From: a virus
Virus record (IMG/VR): IMGVR_UViG_3300042904_000107
Location: 33,145 to 97,144 of that record
Length of the DNA stretch: 64,000 bases
Strand: one strand, 5' to 3'
In this document: positions 58,430 through 64,000 of the stretch, in pieces
How the letters are laid out: the number at the start of each line of letters is the position of its first letter
How positions within the stretch are numbered: the stretch's first letter is position 1
Notes under the pieces: generated by a model
Seen by the model: the letters and a program-made list of their open reading frames with translations, nothing else
Told to the model about the DNA's origin: nothing
The model's database searches: none
Position numbers and translations under genes: made by a program

Positions 58430-58458
58430 AGAATAGCAGAAGCGAAAATGGGGAGCAA
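58430..58458 (-). promoter_or_regulatory. sigma70-type promoter of the GG/CC-free unit
   Basis: TTGCTC-17 bp-TATTCT with TG extended -10. Confidence 0.65.
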
Positions 58459-58794
58459 GTCGCGCAACTTCAATCATTGCTATAGTTTACAGACGTGTGC
58501 AACAAAAGTGTTTAATATCTGAATATCTGAAATAGCTGTATGTGTATGATTCGATTGACTTTATATGACAAAGCAGTGGTGCTCGAAACGACCGCAGCTT
58601 AAATTAGTAGAATCGCAAAAATAATCATTAAAAAACCTTAATCATTTAATTCTTGACAAACACACTCTAGGCCATTTGTCAAGGCGCGCCAGAATTAAAA
58701 AAATTTAATCTCACTTTGCGCCACAAAGTGTTGCATAAGCGAAGCTTCCTCATGCAAACTAGAGCCAGCTCGAAAGAGCGAAGCGAGACAGAAC

Positions 58795-59163
58795 ATGCCA
58801 TACGTGAACTACCGACGACTGACGACGATAACACTCGACCAAGTCTCCCACATGCTGGCGACGGATGACGACTGGCTGGAGCGTGCGATTGTGAAGCTCC
58901 ACGACCGCCAGACTGATTTAGAGCGCCAAGCACGCGAGACACTTGCCATCAAGAATGAAATCGGCCTCCAGCGCGCCGATGCGCTCCTGTTTAGCAAGTA
59001 TGCCGAGCAACTGAAACGGGGGACCCACCTCTCCGACGCCCAGAAGCGCACCGCGCGTCGCCCGTGGAATCGCCCCAAGACCCCGATCCCGACCATTTGC
59101 AAGTATCGCCGGCAAGTGCTCGAAATGATCGAAAACGCCGCACGGAGACAGAGGGGGCTCTAG
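58795..59163 (+). CDS. hypothetical protein, paralog A
   Basis: closely similar to 61330-61692. Confidence 0.8.
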   Translation: MPYVNYRRLTTITLDQVSHMLATDDDWLERAIVKLHDRQTDLERQARETLAIKNEIGLQRADALLFSKYAEQLKRGTHLSDAQKRTARRPWNRPKTPIPTICKYRRQVLEMIENAARRQRGL

Positions 59164-59186
59164 CCCCCCTCTCCAAGGAGAACGAC

Positions 59187-59312
59187 ATGCCCGAATTCAC
59201 GGAGACTCTGACCTCGATTCGCGACCTGGCGACCAACCTAGTCGCGATACCCTTCATTGCCTGCCTCTGTCTGGCAGTGTACGGTCTGCTCCTTCGCCGC
59301 TCAGCCCGCTAA
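59187..59312 (+). CDS. small membrane peptide
   Basis: AAGGAG SD; hydrophobic C-terminus; hairpin after. Confidence 0.5.
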   Translation: MPEFTETLTSIRDLATNLVAIPFIACLCLAVYGLLLRRSAR

Positions 59313-59390
59313 CCGACGAGCCCCACCCCGCCAAGGTGGGGCTTTGCCAGGTCTCCACTGACCTTGGAAGGTCCGCTTACCATAAGTGGT

Positions 59391-59490
59391 CTATCCACAC
59401 CACTTCTCCATATGGAGCTATCCACACCGCTCTCCATACGGAGACATCCACACCTGTCTCCGTACGCTTATAATAAACAGAATATCCACA
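59391..59490. repeat. tandem ~26-bp repeats containing ATCCACAC
   Basis: units start at 59391, 59418, 59444; partial unit at 59482. Confidence 0.75.
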
Positions 59491-59624
59491 TCTCCATACT
59501 CCATAACTGCCATATCTCCACGTCCATTCTCCTCCTTCCAGCGGAGGGTGGTGGAGGGGTACTTGGGGGAGAAGCGCCCTTGCTTCCAGGCGGCTATGGT
59601 GCTATCCACAACCTCCGGTTGGAG

Positions 59625-59813
59625 CTAGTAGTAATATCCGTCGCGGCTCGTCACATACTGGATAGCCATGCGGCAAGCGGCGGTCAGTTCGTCGCCGTAC
59701 ACGTTGCTGTCAATGAGGAGACTGAACAATGTCTTGGCCTCCGGATTCGGGTCGGAGATGAGCAACGCCTGTAAGTTGGAGATATCCGACGCTTTCACTT
59801 GAATATCGGGCAT
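59625..59813 (-). CDS. small hypothetical protein (leaderless)
   Basis: ATG 6 nt after -10 TAGGCT. Confidence 0.55.
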   Translation of the reverse strand: MPDIQVKASDISNLQALLISDPNPEAKTLFSLLIDSNVYGDELTAACRMAIQYVTSRDGYYY

Positions 59814-60190
59814 GGACCAAGCCTAACACAGGAGAAACCCTAAAACAAGCGGAAAATGGTGTGGATATTGGGTTAGGCCGTCTGTAACCATCAACCATGA
59901 ATGGCCGATTGAATGGTGAAGATGCCAATAGGGTAGGATAGTATATTGGTAAGACGGTCTATTAGCACCTTAGATCCTGGGAAGGTGCTAATTAGAGTAA
60001 GTGGACCATCCGGACTATTAGCACCTAATAAAAAAAGGGGAGCCCGAAGGCTCCCCGAAGGTTTGGTGCTTGCGAGAGAGAACAACTTCACGGACAAAAC
60101 TTAGAACGGTGCCGTGTCCATTGACGCCCAGAGGACGATTACAAGGATGACGAACAGCACCGTGAGGATGTTGCCGATGAGCCGCATGGG

Positions 60191-60403
60191 TTACGCCGGC
60201 ACCTCCTCGGTCTTCTTGGTGCGCGGCTTGCGGACGGCCTTGGGCTTCTCGGCGGTCGCTTCCTTCTTGGCGCGCGGCTTGCGCGCCGTCTTCATCGGCG
60301 CCGGCTCGGCGACCCGAATCACGTGTCCAAACTTGAATTCTTTATTGGCGCTGATTCGCTGGTTGCATCCGCAACCGCACAGCTTGCTACCGTTCACGTT
60401 CAT
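60191..60403 (-). CDS. CGCGC motif protein with histone-like K/A/P tail
   Basis: AAGGAG SD; LCGCGC...F..GH. Confidence 0.65.
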   Translation of the reverse strand: MNVNGSKLCGCGCNQRISANKEFKFGHVIRVAEPAPMKTARKPRAKKEATAEKPKAVRKPRTKKTEEVPA

Positions 60404-60626
60404 TGTCTAGCTCCTTGGTGCGAGCCCCTGTCATCCGTTGACTATGATCCACCGGCACGGTTCCGACCGGTCAGCGGCCCGCGTTTCATATCTCAGCTAC
60501 AACTACAGTGTAACATCGGAGGGGTATAGAACGCAATAGGAATCTGGCCGGAGGTTTAACTGCGGGTAGTAGGTCGAATGGAGACCGCGGAAGGCCCGCT
60601 TAGAGTAAACGGGCCTTCCGAGGCGG

Positions 60627-60872
60627 TTAAACCGCCTTCACTCCCGAGCGCCAGAAGCGCGGCACCGCTTCACAAAGGAAGTCACCGTTGGTGCACACGA
60701 GATTGGAGAGCCACACGGGCTGTCCGATTTCCAAAGCCACCTCGGCGATAAACGTGGTGAAGTACGATTGGGCGTGGTGTTGGCTTTGAAAGCCCTTCGC
60801 CTTCATCTCCTTCACCACGGCGTTGTCGAAGGTGCGGAAGGTCGCGGTCGTAACCGTATCTTCGTATCTCAT
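60627..60872 (-). CDS. small hypothetical protein (leaderless)
   Basis: ATG 6 nt after TAGGAT. Confidence 0.6.
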   Translation of the reverse strand: MRYEDTVTTATFRTFDNAVVKEMKAKGFQSQHHAQSYFTTFIAEVALEIGQPVWLSNLVCTNGDFLCEAVPRFWRSGVKAV

Positions 60873-60991
60873 GGTCCAATCCTAACACAGGAGGTCTGTA
60901 GGGTACAAGAGGAGTTTTGGTCGCCACGGAAGGCGCGCTTATAATAAACGGGCCTTCCCGTGGAAGGCCGCCACCTGGCGGCCTCGGCGGA

Positions 60992-61111
60992 CTACTTGCC
61001 GGTGCGCAGGTGGCGCATGGCGTGGAGGAGAATCTCCATGCCCTTGGCAGATGTTGCAATCGAGTAGCACTTGTGGAGAATGGTGAATGTCGCTTCGTTG
61101 TTGTCTCTCAT
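60992..61111 (-). CDS. 39-aa peptide (leaderless)
   Basis: TTGACT-18-CATACT-6-ATG. Confidence 0.5.
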   Translation of the reverse strand: MRDNNEATFTILHKCYSIATSAKGMEILLHAMRHLRTGK

Positions 61112-61329
61112 GGTGATAGTATGAATCAGGATATTACCGGAAGTCAACAGGAATCTGGCCGGCCGGTCGGGTTAAACCCAGGGTAGTATGTCGAATGGAG
61201 ACCCGTAGAATGCGTTTTAAGCTACGGAAGATTGTCTAGACGTGTCTGAGTACGTGTAAATGATCTTCCGTAGCTTAGAAAGCGTTTAATGCGCGGGGTG
61301 AGCACGTGTACAGCGTGGAGAGACGTGCT

Positions 61330-61692
61330 CTACTGAGCACGTCTCGCTTTCGCTTCGATGATGTCCAGAATCTGCTTGCGATACTTGCAGATCGTTGGAA
61401 TGGGAGTCTTGGGCCGATTCCACGGACGACGCGCTTGCCGCTTCTCTGTCTCGCTCAGATGTTTGCCGCTCTTGATCTTTTCCGCAAGCTTGCTGAAGAG
61501 GAGCGAATCAGCGCGTTGGAGGCCGATCTCGTTCTTGATTGCCAGCGTCTCTCTCGCTTGACGTTCAAGTTCCGTTTGCCGATCGTGCAGCGCTACGATT
61601 GCACGTTCCAACCACGTGTCGTCCGTGGCAAGCATGAATGCAATCTGTTCCGTGGTGAATGTTGTCTTTCGCTTGTAGTTGACGTATGGCAT
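61330..61692 (-). CDS. hypothetical protein, paralog B
   Basis: closely similar to 58795-59163. Confidence 0.8.
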   Translation of the reverse strand: MPYVNYKRKTTFTTEQIAFMLATDDTWLERAIVALHDRQTELERQARETLAIKNEIGLQRADSLLFSKLAEKIKSGKHLSETEKRQARRPWNRPKTPIPTICKYRKQILDIIEAKARRAQ

Positions 61693-61798
61693 AAGTGTCT
61701 CGCTCTATTCTTAGTATACGTCAGGAAGGACCAGTTATTCAAGTGGAATTTGGCCGGAACATTTGCTTGTAATAAGCTGACCTTCCGAGGGAAACTCC

Positions 61799-61993
61799 TT
61801 ACTGGAGTTTCCCTCTCTTGAAAACTTCTGTGATTTCGCCCTGCGGCCCCGGAAGGCCAAGGAAGTATCGCAACGATCCACTTCCCTTCGACACTGTAAC
61901 GGAGGCGTGGACAAGTGTGCGAATCATCTCCGCCTTCTTGTAAGACTTTCCGAGATACATCGGAACTTCGTTGAAGTAAACGTATCGTTTCAT
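61799..61993 (-). CDS. small hypothetical protein (leaderless)
   Basis: TTGATC-18-TACACT-6-ATG. Confidence 0.55.
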   Translation of the reverse strand: MKRYVYFNEVPMYLGKSYKKAEMIRTLVHASVTVSKGSGSLRYFLGLPGPQGEITEVFKRGKLQ

Positions 61994-62089
61994 ATGTTTA
62001 GTGTAACGCTGGAGTGGATTGGAGATCAAGAGGAATTTAATAACCACGGAAGGCGCGCTTATAATAAGCTGGCCTTCCGAAAGGAGGGC

Positions 62090-62332
62090 TTATGCCCTCC
62101 GCTCCCACGGCCTCTTGCCGTTCACCATGTATGTGCGGACGGGAGGCGGTGCCGTCACACGGAGTGTGGGACGCTCGTCGCGGACAATGATGTGCATGCC
62201 GGTCGCCGGAGCATCGCTGTAGAACTCGCGGCAACCCATGATCTGCCGTTCTTGAAGGTCTTGGATGTGCATCTCATCCACACCGTGAATGAGGTCATCC
62301 GTGATCGTCTCTCGCAGGAGTACGTTGTTCAT
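62090..62332 (-). CDS. small hypothetical protein (leaderless)
   Basis: TTGACT-18-TATACT-6-ATG. Confidence 0.6.
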   Translation of the reverse strand: MNNVLLRETITDDLIHGVDEMHIQDLQERQIMGCREFYSDAPATGMHIIVRDERPTLRVTAPPPVRTYMVNGKRPWERRA

Positions 62333-62486
62333 GGTCCTAGTATAGAGCCGGAGCGGCTAGGAAGTCAACAGGAATCTGGCCCACCACGGAACAGTCGCTT
62401 ATAATAAGCAGGCCTTCCGCAGGAAAGCCGCCGTTGCGGGTCGGCGGCTTTCCGTTGGTGAAGGGGAGGGGCTTGTGCCCCTCCGC

Positions 62487-62963
62487 TTACTCGATGGCGG
62501 CGGCCGGTTCGGCGACCGTCTCGTTCATCGTCTCGCCGGCGGCGACGGGCTCGGCGGGCGTCTTCTTCCCCTTCTTCGGCTTGGCGGCTTCCTTCTTCGG
62601 AGCGGCGCCCTTCTTGGCTTTCGCCGCTTTCTTCTTGGGCGCCGGCGTCTCCGTCGCATCGTCGGCCGCCGGCGGGTGCTTCGCCGCGTGATCGATGAAC
62701 TTCTGGAGGTTGTACAGCGAGGAGCCTTCCTTCTTGCTCGCCTTCGCCATCGTGTTCTTGGTGATGAAGTACGGGCAGGAGGTGTGGTTGCGGAGCTTCT
62801 CGTGCGCCTCGCGCAACTCGACGCGGCGGAGAAGGCCCTTCGCGTAGCGGTCGTGCTCCTCCTGGGTGACGCCATTCTCGCCGATCGGCTTGGCGGTGAA
62901 GTACTTGATGATCTCCGAGCACAGGGCGACCTGCGTGGCGGAGAGTGCGATGCGGTTAATCAT
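62487..62963 (-). CDS. hypothetical protein with histone H1-like K/A/P tail
   Basis: PKKKAAKAKKGAAPKKEAAKPKKGKK. Confidence 0.7.
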   Translation of the reverse strand: MINRIALSATQVALCSEIIKYFTAKPIGENGVTQEEHDRYAKGLLRRVELREAHEKLRNHTSCPYFITKNTMAKASKKEGSSLYNLQKFIDHAAKHPPAADDATETPAPKKKAAKAKKGAAPKKEAAKPKKGKKTPAEPVAAGETMNETVAEPAAAIE

Positions 62964-63206
62964 TTGTCTGTTCTCGCTTTCGGGAGCGGGTTGCGCTCTA
63001 ACAATTACAGAATAACATAGGAGACCACGAGGTTCAAATGGATTCGGGATGGAGAATCATTAAAATTCATTAATGAGGTTGATGGAGGGAACGGACTATT
63101 AGAACCTCCGGAGGAGACGAACCACGGAAGGCGGTCTTACAATAAGCACAATCCGCCTTGACTTCCATTCACACCTCTTTTATGATCGTAGTATGAGCGA
63201 GACAGT

Positions 63207-63455
63207 ATGACCACAACGGAACTTGCACAATCAATCGGAAAGCCAGTGCTCCACGTCTCCGGCAACCTGAAGTTCATGTGTGTAGTGGCAGACGCGCGCA
63301 TCTCCTTCGGTAAGCCCCAGTTCCTCATCCGGCCCATTGCGGGCTACGGTGAACGTTGGGTGGAGTTCTCCTCCATCGAACCGTATCAGGACATGGCACA
63401 CCTCAAGCGGGCCGCCTCCTCCGTGAACCAGTTGGTGTTGAGGATGGGGCCATAG
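63207..63455 (+). CDS. small hypothetical protein
   Basis: TTGACT..TATGAT promoter at ~63158-63186. Confidence 0.6.
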   Translation: MTTTELAQSIGKPVLHVSGNLKFMCVVADARISFGKPQFLIRPIAGYGERWVEFSSIEPYQDMAHLKRAASSVNQLVLRMGP

Positions 63456-63514
63456 GGCCCAGCCTCGGAAGGCCAGCTTATTATAAGCGTGCCTTCCCCG
63501 CCGAAGCGGGGCTC

Positions 63515-63838
63515 CTAGTAGAGGATCACGTTTTGGGACATACCACACCGCTCACAATGACCGCTCATGGTGCCGCTGTCCGGTCCGGCCGTGGAGGTAT
63601 CCACCCAATAGGGGCCGTGGGAGCAGCCACGGAGTCGCCAGAAGGCCCGCCGGATGTCAGCAAACAATTCCGCCATGTAGAAGAAGTTCTCGTCCATGGG
63701 ACGCCCGTATTCTCCCTCAGGCCCCCCGTTCCGGGTGATCTTTACCCAGCCGGCCTCTTGAGCCGCCGACTCCATGCGCCGGCGGTTGTCAGCCACCAAC
63801 GTCTTCAGAATCCGAATCAGCTTCATTTCTTTCCCCAT
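63515..63838 (-). CDS. hypothetical protein with C-terminal CxxC
   Basis: ORF. Confidence 0.5.
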   Translation of the reverse strand: MGKEMKLIRILKTLVADNRRRMESAAQEAGWVKITRNGGPEGEYGRPMDENFFYMAELFADIRRAFWRLRGCSHGPYWVDTSTAGPDSGTMSGHCERCGMSQNVILY

Positions 63839-64000
63839 TTCGCCATCAGGCCGTCCAACTTGACGGGTTTCGGTTGCGGTTTGGCCGGCACCGCCGCCGG
63901 CAGATCATGTGTGTACTTCGGAAGGTTCTTCAGAGTCACCGGGTCGATGCCATCGGCCTCATATGCCTTCCAGTTGTCCAGTCTCTCTTGGAGATCCGCG

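Larger units (their letters stand above)
59362..63500. repeat. dispersed imperfect palindrome CGGAAGG-N4-CTTATAATAAG-N4-CCTTCCG (~8 copies)
   Basis: copies at ~59362, 60585, 60924, 61754, 62044, 62384, 63122, 63463. Confidence 0.85.

Noticed and set aside
59362-63500. CRISPR array
   Set aside because: Repeats are degenerate, irregularly spaced and separated by whole genes; no cas genes

Overview
A 64-kb segment of a large T4-like (Tevenvirinae/Kyanoviridae-type) myophage genome. Positions 1-53.5 kb are almost all minus-strand. They carry 5 tRNAs, an RNA ligase, NAD salvage (NadV + NMNAT-Nudix), regA/gp62/gp44/gp45, a MoxR-vWA pair, a nucleotide/DNA-modification-like cluster (ACP, FkbH-like, GNAT, PLP enzyme, HAD nucleotidase, amino-MTase, GMP reductase/IMPDH), gp46/47/55, UvsW/UvsY, three signal-peptide genes and the gp14-gp23 virion module. 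Positions 53.5-64 kb are an early/accessory region of small genes with sigma70 promoters and dispersed palindromes. Four signals stand out. (1) A 1.24-kb transcription unit (57206-58449) has no GG or CC dinucleotide and encodes Gly/Pro/Trp-free proteins. (2) A candidate ~125-nt sRNA is complementary to the translation-start regions of five SD-less early genes, including the first gene of that unit. (3) GGCC lies next to the -35 box of many sigma70 promoters. (4) The phage encodes an ACP-FkbH-GNAT-PLP-MTase cluster. All calls were made by eye from motifs and synteny; no searches were run.
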